A stretch of DNA of 64,000 nucleotides from Minisyncoccota bacterium (GTDB lineage: Bacteria > Patescibacteriota > Minisyncoccia > JBAYJV01). Position 1 is the stretch's first letter; each line of letters starts with the position of its first letter. Both the position numbers and the translations under genes were made by a program. Location: contig JBAYJV010000002.1 of NCBI GenBank assembly GCA_041664925.1, forward strand, positions 136,302 to 200,301. The letters run 5' to 3'. Below, in pieces: positions 1-9,159 of this stretch. Below the pieces are notes generated by a model that made no database searches, was not told the origin of the DNA, and saw only the letters and a program-made list of their open reading frames with translations.

Positions 1-2
1 CA

Positions 3-977
3 CTAACTTCCAAATTCATTCAAAAAGTTCTCCACAATATCCTTAATTTCCTCACCATTCCTTGCTTTCATTAATTCAAATCGAAGAGCGCTAGCGCCCT
101 TAAAATCAGAAATATAGCTTTTATAAAACTTTTTCATGTCAGAAAAGTTTCTGTTGTCATCCCTAAAAACCTCTTCAAATATCTTTATGTGCTCCAGAAG
201 CATATCAAATCTTTCCCTAATTGATAAATCTTTCATCTGCCTCGTCTTTTTGAAAAATAGGGGATTTGCGATAAGCGCTCGACCAATCATAATACCATCT
301 AAATCATATTTCTTAACTTTTAAATAAGCATCATCCAGTGTTTTAACATCGCCATTCCCAATAATTAAAGTTTCTGGAGAAATTTCTTTTGCTAATGTTT
401 TTACATGGCCAATTTTTTCCCAATTTGCCTCTCCGCCATATCCCTGTTTTTTTGTGCGACCGTGAATCGTCAAAGCATCTAAACTAAATTTTAGCAAATA
501 GTTAATCCATTTTTCCATATCAATCTGGCTATAGCCAAGTCTTGTTTTGACTGATACCGGCAAATTACCAGCGCCTTTTCTAGTCGCCTCAATGATCTTA
601 CCAGCCAAGAATGGATCTTTTATTAAACTCGAGCCCGATTCTTGCTTTACAACGCTTTTATCGGGACAGCCCATATTAATATCAATACCATCAAAACCAA
701 GTTTTTTGCAAATTAGAGCAGATTTATAGAAATTTTCTGGCTTTGAACCGAAAAGCTGAGCGACAATCGGTTTTTCTGATTTGTTATAAATCAATTGTTT
801 TAATAATCTTTCTTTGCCATCACTACACAGCCCATCGCAAGAAACAAATTCAGTGAATATCACATCCGGTTTTCCGTATTTTGCTAGCATAAACCGAAAA
901 GAAGCATCGGTGATGCCAGACATGGGAGCTGAAACTAGAATTGGTCTACTAATTTTATTCCAGAAATTAAATTTCAT
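3..977 (-). CDS. dus: tRNA-dihydrouridine synthase (Dus family, TIM-barrel flavoprotein)
   Basis: 324 aa protein beginning 'VSAPMSGITDASFRFM...'; strong family-level resemblance to Dus over the whole length; stop codon lies at the window edge. Confidence 0.8.
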   Translation of the reverse strand: MKFNFWNKISRPILVSAPMSGITDASFRFMLAKYGKPDVIFTEFVSCDGLCSDGKERLLKQLIYNKSEKPIVAQLFGSKPENFYKSALICKKLGFDGIDINMGCPDKSVVKQESGSSLIKDPFLAGKIIEATRKGAGNLPVSVKTRLGYSQIDMEKWINYLLKFSLDALTIHGRTKKQGYGGEANWEKIGHVKTLAKEISPETLIIGNGDVKTLDDAYLKVKKYDLDGIMIGRALIANPLFFKKTRQMKDLSIRERFDMLLEHIKIFEEVFRDDNRNFSDMKKFYKSYISDFKGASALRFELMKARNGEEIKDIVENFLNEFGS

Positions 978-1007
978 GCTTTTGATAACAGAAATACTCT
1001 CTTGTTA

Positions 1008-1137
1008 AAATTCGAATATCGAAATCCGAAAATCGAAACAATATTTAAATCTAAAATTCTAAATCTAAAACAGTTTAAATATTAGATATTTGAATTTTGA
1101 ATTTGTTTCGTATTTCGTGCTTTGTATTTCGGATTTA
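1008..1137. repeat. AT-rich ~130-nt dispersed repeat, copy 1 of 3 (core aaattcgaatatcgaaatc...gaaacaatat.taaat...aaaacagttt...atttcg)
   Basis: Near-identical blocks at 1008-1137, 4778-4910 and 21180-21299. Each lies directly upstream of a minus-strand housekeeping gene (dus, mfd, ychF). Confidence 0.7.
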
Positions 1138-1154
1138 TTACATTATATCACAAC

Positions 1155-1262
1155 ATCCCGCACCAGAATAAATACGGTGCGGGATTATTAATTGCGTAAT
1201 TTCTTGCTCTGCTCGAAAACGCAATCAATAAAAAAGACGGGCTCCAGCGCTGTGGAGCCCGC
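1155..1262 (-). repeat. Composite structured element, copy 1 of 4: intrinsic terminator hairpin + 'TTATTGATTGCGT...ACGCAATCAATAA' hairpin + 'CCCGCACC..GGTGCGGG' hairpin
   Basis: Copies at 1155-1262, 1731-1833, 9688-9804 and 10648-10817. On the minus strand the GC hairpin is followed by a T-run. Copy 3 changes gcg/cgc to ctg/cag in the second hairpin, which preserves pairing. Confidence 0.7.
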
Positions 1263-1598
1263 TTACTGCCTTGCCAAGCTGTAGAAGATGCCGATAGAAG
1301 ACTTGGCACCCGGCGCGAGTTGAAATTGCTCGCTACCGCCCACTCAAGCGCAGTGGTCTACTAACTTGGCGGTGAGTCTGCAGCCTTCGCCACGACGGGG
1401 GAGTGTCCCTTATTCCGGCGAGAACTGTGTCAGCCGATTGATGAGTCAATAGACCCGTGCGATCGCTTACTTTTAGTACCCACGGCGATCACCAGTGCTG
1501 ACGGCGCTGCAGACCATTGATAGAGAGGCGGTGTAAGTACAACCAGTACCGTTGCGAGCGTGCACATAGCAGACCACACCGCCTCCCAAATCACATCA
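1232..1598 (-). ncRNA. GC-rich structured ncRNA candidate A (~365 nt), family unassigned
   Basis: Minus-strand -35 TTGACA (1628-1633) and -10 TATAAT (1606-1611) with a 16-nt spacer. No ORF of 60 aa or more. GC-rich in an AT-rich background. Long internal helices such as gaggcggtgt...acaccgcctc. Ends at a terminator hairpin plus T-run near 1235-1260. Confidence 0.5.
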
Positions 1599-1730
1599 TA
1601 CTCCCATTATACTCCTTTTAATTTATTTGTCAAGAGATATGGTAAATAAACTCAAAAATATTAAGTAATCCTCCTTCGCTAATCTGTTTACTGATAGATG
1701 TTTCGAGTTTATTATTATATCATAACAACA

Positions 1731-1833
1731 TCCCGCACCAGAATAAATACGGTGCGGGATTATTGATTGCGTAATTCTCGCAAACTCGAAAACGCAATCA
1801 ATAAAAAAACAGGCTTCAGCTATCTGAAACCTG
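1731..1833 (-). repeat. Composite structured element, copy 2 of 4
   Basis: Same three-hairpin architecture as 1155-1262, immediately 3' of candidate ncRNA B. Confidence 0.7.
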
Positions 1834-2005
1834 TGACTTCCAGCAGGAAGGGGTAGAGGCATAGTCATGTCTGTTCGTCCCAAGAGAGTTGACACCTCTT
1901 TTGTCGCTCTCGGAATACGCGTGCACGGAACGCGGAGAAGAGCGATTGACTACCCCTTCCTTGTCTTTTGCGGTTAGCGGTTGGCTTTATCCAGTCGCTT
2001 TATGT
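1806..2005 (-). ncRNA. GC-rich structured ncRNA candidate B (~200 nt), family unassigned
   Basis: Minus-strand -35 TTGACA (2035-2040), 16-nt spacer, -10 TAAAAT (2013-2018). An 11-bp closing helix GGAAGGGGTAG/CTACCCCTTCC encloses about 110 nt. Terminator plus T-run at about 1806-1830. ORF-track hits here (1623..1895, 1889..2098) have no RBS and cross repeats. Confidence 0.45.
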
Positions 2006-2159
2006 AATAAGCATTTTAGCAAACCCAAAAACTTTGTCAAGAGCTCTAAGAAAAAATGCCAATATTTGCGAATAAGAAATGCAAATTATCGCGAATAACT
2101 AGTAAAATCTTTGGAATTCTTCTCTCGCCTTCGGCGGATCAAAATGAAACTATAAAATA

Positions 2160-2215
2160 TTATAGTTTATAGTCTATAGTCTAAAGTGCCGAGCTTAAGC
2201 TCGTTAATCGATTGA
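2160..2215. repeat. Duplicated fragment of the mfd 3' end
   Basis: 'gtctaaagtgccgagcttaagctcgttaatcg' at about 2181-2212 is nearly identical to the mfd 3' coding end at about 2731-2762; both encode ...ELKLGTLDY... Confidence 0.6.
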
Positions 2216-2277
2216 CTTTTATGATAAATAATGTAATATAGAATTGGTTCTTTAAAAAAAGAGAAAAAGGAGAAGAA

Positions 2278-2646
2278 ATGAAATACAAGGATGCATTGTT
2301 TTTGTTTTTTAGAGTGATATTCGGATGTCTTGTTGCTGGATCTATGTTTATAGTTAGCACCATGTTTTTCGAAACTCAATTTACTCCTGTTGTAATATTG
2401 CCGATCGCTTTGTGGTTAGGCTTCATACTGTGTATGTTAACATTTCCAGAAACAAATAATTGGCTACAAGTTTCTTGCAGAATAGGATATGTTACATTTA
2501 TGGCATTAGTTGTTACCGTAACACCTCATAGCGCATTGACCGGTGCTATATTATCAGTTCTTGCGGTTATGTGCTTTACTGTTCATTCTTGGTTTAAAAG
2601 AAAACACATTACTCACATAAGATTTGTTGAAAAACTTTTCGGCTAA
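2278..2646 (+). CDS. Small integral membrane protein, function unknown
   Basis: RBS aaaggag upstream, hydrophobic helices, terminator hairpin + T-run at about 2665-2700. Confidence 0.5.
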   Translation: MKYKDALFLFFRVIFGCLVAGSMFIVSTMFFETQFTPVVILPIALWLGFILCMLTFPETNNWLQVSCRIGYVTFMALVVTVTPHSALTGAILSVLAVMCFTVHSWFKRKHITHIRFVEKLFG

Positions 2647-2707
2647 CAACAATCATGTAGTTACAAACTGAAGAGGCGAAAGAAATCGCCTCTCTTTTTT
2701 TTATAAT

Positions 2708-4723
2708 CTAAAAAGTGTAAGTTTTGTAGTCTAAAGTGCCAAGCTTAAGCTCGCTAATCGCTTGATTCAAGATTTGATAATAGAGATTGATGCCAACCTT
2801 GTTGATTGCGCCTGATTGTTCACGCCCTAAAAGATTTCCCGCGCCCCTGATTTCCAAATCTTTGGCCGCCAATTGATAACCGGCTCCCAGATAAGAATAT
2901 CTTTCAAGCGCAGATAATCTTTCTTTTGCAATCGGCGTTAAGCTGTGGTGCGGATAAAGAAAATAGGCATAAGATTGGCGTTCACCGCGCCCAACCCGAC
3001 CACGAATCTGATGCGCTTGCGCCAAACCAAGCCGTGTTGCGTCTTCCACAATCAAAGTATTTACATTCTTTAAATCAAGCCCATTTTCAATAATAGAAGT
3101 GGCGATCAAAACATCGAATTCGCCCTTTCTAAAATTATGAATAGTATCAACCAAGTATTTTTCGCTCATCCTTCCATGAAGTGAGGCAAATCTCAATCCA
3201 GGGAGAAGTTTTTTGAGTTTTTGCTCGGTCGCTGAAAGCGTGCCAATGCGATTATGCAAATAATAAACCTGACCATGACGCAATATTTCTCTTTGAATAA
3301 CTTGCTTGACTAGGCCAGCATCAAAAAGCGAAACAGAAGTTTTAATCGGAAGTTTATAGGTCGGAGGTGTAGTAATCAAGCTGATATCTTTTAAATTAGA
3401 AAGAGCCATGTGAAGGGTGCGCGGGATCGGTGTCGCTGATAAGCTTAAAATATCAACATTCTCTCTCATTTCTTTGAGTTTTTCCTTCTGCTTGACGCCG
3501 AATCTTTGCTCTTCATCTATAATTAATAATCCCAAATCTCTAAAACAGATATCCTTAGAAAAAAGCCGATGAGTGCCGATTAGAATATCTACTTTTCCTT
3601 CTTTTAATTCATGTAAAATTTGTTTTTGTTCAGCCTTTGAAATAAGACGCGTTAAAAGCCGAACATTGATAGGAAATTGCCCTAATCTTTCCTTGAAAGT
3701 TGAATAGTGTTGATCTGCTAAAATTGTCGTTGGCGAAATCAAACAAACTTGTCTTTTATTCAAGGCTATTTTAAAAGCAGTTCTGATGGCGATTTCTGTT
3801 TTTCCGAAACCGACATCTCCGCAAATTAATCGATCCATCGGTCTTTCCCGAGACAAATCTTTGATGATTTCTGTCCAAGTTTGTTTTTGATCTTTTGTTA
3901 ATTCATAATCAAAGCTTGCTGATAACTGATCCTCGAATTCTGACTCCCCCTGATATGGTAATCTTTGCGAGATTTCTCTTTTTGCATAAAGGCGCAACAA
4001 TTCTTCAGCTAATTTAAGCGCATCCTCTTTAACCTTTCTCTTGGTTTTTTCCCAGATATTTCCCCCTAAACGCGTAAGTCTTGGCTGAACAAAACCAAGG
4101 TAAGGAGAAAGTTTACTTTCTAATCCCTCTGGTACTAACAACATATCATTACAGGCATATTCCAATTCATAATATTTTCTATCTTTTCGAATAATTACAC
4201 CCTTGAATCGCCCGACGCCATGATCAAGATGGACAACGAAATCACCCGAAACTAAATTTAGAATCGCTTCTTTGGGTACCTTAAATTTTTCTTCAATATT
4301 AATAACTCTCAGTTCTTTTTCAGTAAGACGATATATCTTTTCAATGGTATTGCCTAAAAATTCAATTCTGATAGGAAAATCAAGATTAATCGGGTAGATA
4401 TCAATAATTTCCCCTCTATGAGCATATTCTCCAGGAATATCGACAGTTCTGGCTTTATCATAATTCAAATCATCTAGTTGTTTTAAAAGCTCAAAGGGAT
4501 TAATGTGTTGTTCTTGTTCTATTGCAAGAGAAAATCTCTGCCAAAAGAAATTGAAAGCGCGAGCCTCTTTTATCTTAATTTGGTTATCTTGGAACCATTT
4601 TTTGAGTTTATCAATTTCTGCTCGATCAAAAACAGCCTTGGCTTTATCCCAAGCCAGGCCTAACGCTTCGTTAAAAAGTTCTGCTTTTTTCGCGAGAATA
4701 ATTATTGGCGAAATAGATTGCAT
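2708..4723 (-). CDS. mfd: Transcription-repair coupling factor, short form (CarD/TRCF RNAP-interaction domain + SF2 helicase + TRG motif; lacks UvrB-homology N-terminus and D7)
   Basis: 'GDFVVHLDHGVGRFKG' CarD-like motif; helicase motifs 'GDVGFGKTEIA', 'DEEQRFGV', 'SATPIPRT'; TRG motif 'LGAGYQLAAKDLEIRGAGNLLG'; only 671 aa. Confidence 0.8.
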   Translation of the reverse strand: MQSISPIIILAKKAELFNEALGLAWDKAKAVFDRAEIDKLKKWFQDNQIKIKEARAFNFFWQRFSLAIEQEQHINPFELLKQLDDLNYDKARTVDIPGEYAHRGEIIDIYPINLDFPIRIEFLGNTIEKIYRLTEKELRVINIEEKFKVPKEAILNLVSGDFVVHLDHGVGRFKGVIIRKDRKYYELEYACNDMLLVPEGLESKLSPYLGFVQPRLTRLGGNIWEKTKRKVKEDALKLAEELLRLYAKREISQRLPYQGESEFEDQLSASFDYELTKDQKQTWTEIIKDLSRERPMDRLICGDVGFGKTEIAIRTAFKIALNKRQVCLISPTTILADQHYSTFKERLGQFPINVRLLTRLISKAEQKQILHELKEGKVDILIGTHRLFSKDICFRDLGLLIIDEEQRFGVKQKEKLKEMRENVDILSLSATPIPRTLHMALSNLKDISLITTPPTYKLPIKTSVSLFDAGLVKQVIQREILRHGQVYYLHNRIGTLSATEQKLKKLLPGLRFASLHGRMSEKYLVDTIHNFRKGEFDVLIATSIIENGLDLKNVNTLIVEDATRLGLAQAHQIRGRVGRGERQSYAYFLYPHHSLTPIAKERLSALERYSYLGAGYQLAAKDLEIRGAGNLLGREQSGAINKVGINLYYQILNQAISELKLGTLDYKTYTF

Positions 4724-4777
4724 ATCAATAAATAAGCTGTCAATTTAAAATACTAAGATTATAGAACTTATGACTAA

Positions 4778-4910
4778 AAATTCGAAATCCTAAATCCAAA
4801 ATCCGAAACAATCTCTAAATCTTAATTTCTTAAATTCAAAACAGTTTTGGTATTAAGTATTTCTGAATTTTGTATTTGTTTCGAATTTCGAAATTCGAAT
4901 TTCGAAATTA
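4778..4910. repeat. AT-rich ~130-nt dispersed repeat, copy 2 of 3
   Basis: Matches 1008-1137 and 21180-21299; upstream of mfd. Confidence 0.7.
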
Positions 4911-5120
4911 CTATTAAAATTCTTGACAAAACTATAATAAAGGAGTATAATGGATAATAGATAGTAAGAATTTCTTTTTCTGATCTTACCTATGAGTGCT
5001 GATGCAGAAAATCCCTCCTATTTCTGCTAGGCTGTGAAGTTTAGGGATTAGTGCAACTGCGCTGATTTCTAACGCTCGTAGGTGAGATTAGGAAAGGAAA
5101 TCATCCAAGGAGGAAAGACT

Positions 5121-5267
5121 ATGAAGTGGAATCCATACGCAAACCAGATTTCCTGGCAAGCACGGCTCGCAAAGGAAACAGCCAATGAGGTATTCTGGAC
5201 ATACCTAGCCGTCTTTGCCGTAGCAGGTTCTCTGATGTTTGTACTTAGCCTCCTACTCGGAGCCTAA
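5121..5267 (+). CDS. 48-aa single-TM small protein behind a ~150-nt structured GC-rich leader
   Basis: Promoter TTGACA-17-TATAAT at about 4928-4957. RBS aaggagg then ATG at 5121. Terminator 'agagcggtctctaagagagaggccgcgcttttttt' downstream. Confidence 0.45.
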   Translation: MKWNPYANQISWQARLAKETANEVFWTYLAVFAVAGSLMFVLSLLLGA

Positions 5268-5315
5268 ACTAGCAAGACGAAAGAGCGGTCTCTAAGAGAG
5301 AGGCCGCGCTTTTTT

Positions 5316-5897
5316 TTAAAATGCAGTTTCTATAAATGAAATTGCATTTTTCTTTATGCTGATTAATTCTTTCTCTTCTTTCTGGTTAAATCTATCCAAT
5401 ACATAATTTTGAGTAATTTCTTTGTTTTTCTCTCCAGAGTCTTCATTCCAAATGCCAACTCTTAAGCGGTTAAAATCTTTTGTGCCCAAATGTTCTATAA
5501 TTGATTCAACGCCATGATGTCCGGCTGCTCCCTGGCCAAGAGAAATTTTTATTTTTCCAAAAACAATATCAATATCATCGTGAATTACCCAAATATTTTG
5601 CGGAATAATGCCGTAATAGTCTTTTATGAGTCTTAGAGCATAACCAGATTCATTCATATAAATTAGTGACTTTGCCAAAATAACTTCTTTTTGATTAATA
5701 TTTGTTTCTGCGATCTCGCTTTGAAATTTCTTTTTTTCGTCAAAATTACCGCCATGTTTTTTTAGTAATTCATCAAGAACCATTCTGCCAATATTATGTC
5801 TCGTGAGCTCATATTTTTCACCAGGATTTCCTAATCCGAAAATGAGAATTTTGTCCGATGTTTTTCTTTTAAAGAGTTTCATAAATTTCTTTGACAT
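5316..5897 (-). CDS. pth: Peptidyl-tRNA hydrolase
   Basis: 'ILIFGLGNPGEKYELTRHNIGRMVLDEL' N-terminal Pth signature with conserved His. Confidence 0.85.
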   Translation of the reverse strand: MSKKFMKLFKRKTSDKILIFGLGNPGEKYELTRHNIGRMVLDELLKKHGGNFDEKKKFQSEIAETNINQKEVILAKSLIYMNESGYALRLIKDYYGIIPQNIWVIHDDIDIVFGKIKISLGQGAAGHHGVESIIEHLGTKDFNRLRVGIWNEDSGEKNKEITQNYVLDRFNQKEEKELISIKKNAISFIETAF

Positions 5898-6873
5898 ATT
5901 GTTTTATTTGCGTATAATTATTAAGCCCTTGCGAAGGTGTTAAAACAAACATTCTGCCTTGGGAAGTTGAAATATAAGATTCGTCCAATAAAAGCGGATC
6001 TTTTATTGTCAATCTATAAGCTTTAGAAGATGAAATATCTAAATCCTTAGCGATTTCCCAAAACGACTTTAGCTCGCTAATAGAAATATCTGTTTCGATG
6101 TGTTCCTTAAAATTATCATAAAGTTTCATCGCCATATTAAAATTCTGAAATTGATTTTGGTTCTCTATTTTATTTCTCAGAGCTGCTAAAACCTGTTGTT
6201 GCCTCGTCATACGTCCAAAATCTCCTTCTTCATCATAACGCGTCCTGACATATTTTAGCAATATTTCGCCGTCAAGATGACGCCAGCCTTTTTCCAAATA
6301 AAATGGATCATAGCTGTAATTGGGGCCGGGAAAAAGAGGATCTTTAATATCTTCTTTTACTGAAACATTCACTCCGCCAACATATTCGGAAATTTCTTTT
6401 AAAAGCTCCAAATCAACCACCACCGAATAATGGATATCTTGCCCCGTAATCGCAGATACTGTCTTTTTTATATCATTTGTGCTTATTCCCATCGCGTAAA
6501 AAGAATTAATTTTTTGATTATAACTGCGATTAGGCACTAAAACATAGAGATCTCTTGGAATTGAAAGTAAGACAACTTGATTTTTACGAAATGATGCGAC
6601 AATGATTGTGTCTGTAAGATTAGGAGCGGGGTTGCCTTTTCCCGGTTTTCCTAGAACAAGAACATTTGTCCAGCCATTGTCATCGACAAGCAAATTCTTA
6701 GAGGAAGAAAAAGTGAGCTCGAAAATGCGCCCAAGATTTAAAAATCCCTTTGTAAAAGAATTGGCCGTATCAAAGCCTCTGTTTTGAGGAATATAGATAA
6801 CCAAAAAGACAAGAAAGATAAAAACAACAACTAATGCAAGATTTTTAATAAATTCCTTAATTTTCTGGGGCAT
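5869..6873 (-). CDS. LytR-CpsA-Psr (LCP) family cell-envelope phosphotransferase
   Basis: N-terminal TM helix, then 'NVLVLGKPG...TDTIIVASF...LLSIPRDLYV'; LCP fold pattern. Confidence 0.75.
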   Translation of the reverse strand: MPQKIKEFIKNLALVVVFIFLVFLVIYIPQNRGFDTANSFTKGFLNLGRIFELTFSSSKNLLVDDNGWTNVLVLGKPGKGNPAPNLTDTIIVASFRKNQVVLLSIPRDLYVLVPNRSYNQKINSFYAMGISTNDIKKTVSAITGQDIHYSVVVDLELLKEISEYVGGVNVSVKEDIKDPLFPGPNYSYDPFYLEKGWRHLDGEILLKYVRTRYDEEGDFGRMTRQQQVLAALRNKIENQNQFQNFNMAMKLYDNFKEHIETDISISELKSFWEIAKDLDISSSKAYRLTIKDPLLLDESYISTSQGRMFVLTPSQGLNNYTQIKQYVKEIYETL

Positions 6874-6928
6874 TGAATAAAAAATAAATTTCTGGTAAAA
6901 TCAGACTGTTAATTGGTATTTTCTTAAA

Positions 6929-7492
6929 ATGAAAAAAATTTTTTCAATCTTTTGGGAATTCATACAAGTTATCGCAATCTCACTTATTATTATTATACCC
7001 GTAAGATACTATATTGTTCAACCCTTCTTTGTAAAAGGCGCCAGCATGGAAACTTCCTTTCAAGATGGAGATTATCTGATTGTTGATGAACTTTCTTACC
7101 ACTTAAGAAATCCTAAGAGAGGAGAAGTTATTGTGTTTCGTTATCCTAATGATCCGTCGCAATTCTACATAAAAAGAATCATTGGTCTTCCAGGAGAAAC
7201 AATTCAGGTAACAGATGATCAAGTTAATATTAAAAATAGCAAACATCCCGAAGGATTTAGCTTAAACGAAACTGCTTATTTAGGAGTAGGCACGACTCCA
7301 GGAAACATAACAAAAACATTGGACACTAATAGTTATTTCGTCATGGGTGATAATCGTTTTCATAGTTATGATTCGCGAGGTTGGGGAGAATTGGATGGAA
7401 AATTCATAATTGGAAAAGTTCTTTTCCGTGTTTGGCCAATAAAACAAGCAATGGCTTTCAGTTTGCCTCAATATGGTATTACTGGAAATTAG
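6929..7492 (+). CDS. lepB: Signal peptidase I
   Basis: 'GASMETSF' catalytic Ser box, 'YIKRIIGLPGE' Lys box, 'GDNRFHSYDSRGWG'. Confidence 0.85.
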   Translation: MKKIFSIFWEFIQVIAISLIIIIPVRYYIVQPFFVKGASMETSFQDGDYLIVDELSYHLRNPKRGEVIVFRYPNDPSQFYIKRIIGLPGETIQVTDDQVNIKNSKHPEGFSLNETAYLGVGTTPGNITKTLDTNSYFVMGDNRFHSYDSRGWGELDGKFIIGKVLFRVWPIKQAMAFSLPQYGITGN

Positions 7493-7526
7493 TATTTTTT
7501 AATTTTTAGATTTTAAATTTGGCACC

Positions 7527-8840
7527 ATGCCTAAATTAAAATACCAAAGACCAAAAGGAACTTTAGATATTCTGCCAGAAGAACAGGTATACTGGCACAA
7601 AGTTAAAGATACGATAAGAAATATCGCGGAATATCATGGTTTCAATAGAATAGATACGCCCATTATTGAATCTACCGAGCTTTTTTCAAGAAGCATCGGC
7701 TCTTCTTCCGATATTGTTGATAAGGAAATGTTTAGCCTCAAAACAAAAGGCGGAGACAAATTAACCTTGCGCCCTGAAGCAACAGCTGCAATTGCTAGAG
7801 CCTATATTGAGAATGGCATGAAGAATCGCCGTCATCCTGTTAAGCTTTATTATATTGGATCGATGTTTCGCCACGAAAAACCTCAACATAATCGCTTGCG
7901 CGAATTTCACCAATTTGGACTCGAAGTTATTGGCAGTTCCAGCCCAATTATTGATGCTCAAATCCTTCAAATTGCTTTTGCGATCTTTAAAGAACTTTCT
8001 ATTAACGAATTAAGCGTCCACATCAACAGTATTGGTTGTAAAATTTGCCGACCTGAATACCTTAAAGCTCTCAAGAGTTTCTTGTCTTCTCAGTTAAGAA
8101 AGTTGCCCGTTGAATATCGCAAGAGAATTCAAGCCAATCCTTTAAGATTATTTGATATCAAAGACGAAAAATGCGAGAGAATCACCCAAGAAGCTCCTCA
8201 AATTGTCGATCATCTTTGTGAAGATTGCCGAGCTAATTTTGAAAAATTGTTGGAATTTCTCGATTTTCTTGATATTCCTTATGTCTTTAACCCTTATTTA
8301 GTGAGAGGTCTTGATTATTATAGCGGTCCTGTTTACGAAATTTTACCTTCAAATAAAGATTATGCTGCCAAAGAAGCTTTGGGTGGCGGTGGACGCTACG
8401 ATTATCTGATTAAGTCGCTTGGCGGTAGGGATGTGCCTGCAACTGGCATTGCTTTTGGACTAGAAAGACTGATTGGTTTTATGAAAGAAAATAATATTAG
8501 GGTTGATGCAAAAAGAGAGATTCCTGTATTTATAAGTCATCTTGGCGATTTTGGTCAAAAAAGAGCGTTAAAATTAACTGAGGAATTGCGCAAAGAAAAT
8601 CTATATATTCAAGAAGGATTGTCAAAATCAGGCCTCAAGCCTCAAAAGAAAATTGCCGATAAAAGTAATACCAGATTTACCGTTTTAGTTAGTCAAATGG
8701 AGGCTTTGGAAGAAAATGTTATCTTGCGCGATCAAGTTGCTGGAACCCAAGAGGTTATTGCCATAAAGGATATTGCAAAAAAGATTAGAGAGGCTTTAAA
8801 GAAAACCCCAAAAATTAAAAAAGATAAGTCGAAAAAATAA
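7527..8840 (+). CDS. hisS: Histidyl-tRNA synthetase
   Basis: Class II aaRS motifs; 'RHEKPQHNRLREFHQFGLEVIG' His-specific motif; anticodon-binding C-terminus. Confidence 0.9.
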   Translation: MPKLKYQRPKGTLDILPEEQVYWHKVKDTIRNIAEYHGFNRIDTPIIESTELFSRSIGSSSDIVDKEMFSLKTKGGDKLTLRPEATAAIARAYIENGMKNRRHPVKLYYIGSMFRHEKPQHNRLREFHQFGLEVIGSSSPIIDAQILQIAFAIFKELSINELSVHINSIGCKICRPEYLKALKSFLSSQLRKLPVEYRKRIQANPLRLFDIKDEKCERITQEAPQIVDHLCEDCRANFEKLLEFLDFLDIPYVFNPYLVRGLDYYSGPVYEILPSNKDYAAKEALGGGGRYDYLIKSLGGRDVPATGIAFGLERLIGFMKENNIRVDAKREIPVFISHLGDFGQKRALKLTEELRKENLYIQEGLSKSGLKPQKKIADKSNTRFTVLVSQMEALEENVILRDQVAGTQEVIAIKDIAKKIREALKKTPKIKKDKSKK

Positions 8841-8880
8841 TGATTTCACTTGAAAAACAAAATAATATTAAACAAAGGAG

Positions 8881-9159
8881 GTGTCAAAAATGGTAAAAGC
8901 AGTTCGTCAAGATAGAGAAAATGTTTCTTCCTTGTTGCGCCGTTTTTCTATGAATGTAAAAGAAAGCGGTATTTTGTCAGAAGTTCGCCAAAAACGCTAT
9001 TATAGAGAACAACCGACAAAACGACAGGAAAAACTATCTGCTCTTTGGCGTAATAAAATCGGCAAACTTAAGCATAAGATGGTTAAAATGGGCGAAATTC
9101 AAAAAGGACAAAAAATCGACCCAGAAAGAATTCGTAAAGAATTTCAAAGTGACAAGTAA
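8881..9159 (+). CDS. rpsU: 30S ribosomal protein S21
   Basis: 'LLRRFSMNVKESGILSEVRQKRYYREQPTKRQEK' matches the S21 pattern; RBS aaaggagg. Confidence 0.8.
   Translation: MSKMVKAVRQDRENVSSLLRRFSMNVKESGILSEVRQKRYYREQPTKRQEKLSALWRNKIGKLKHKMVKMGEIQKGQKIDPERIRKEFQSDK

Noticed and set aside
1232-1598. tmRNA or RNase P identity for ncRNA A
   Set aside because: No GGGG 5' end, no tRNA-like T-arm or CCA end, no tag-peptide frame with ...AA stop context; no AAAGUCCGGGC / GGUAAGAGCGCACC / ACAGAACCCGGC elements found by eye. Left as unassigned
1623-2098. ORFs 1623..1895 (-) and 1889..2098 (+) in the 1.6-2.1 kb GC-rich region
   Set aside because: They cross the composite repeat, lack an RBS, and the region has its own promoter and terminator consistent with ncRNA B
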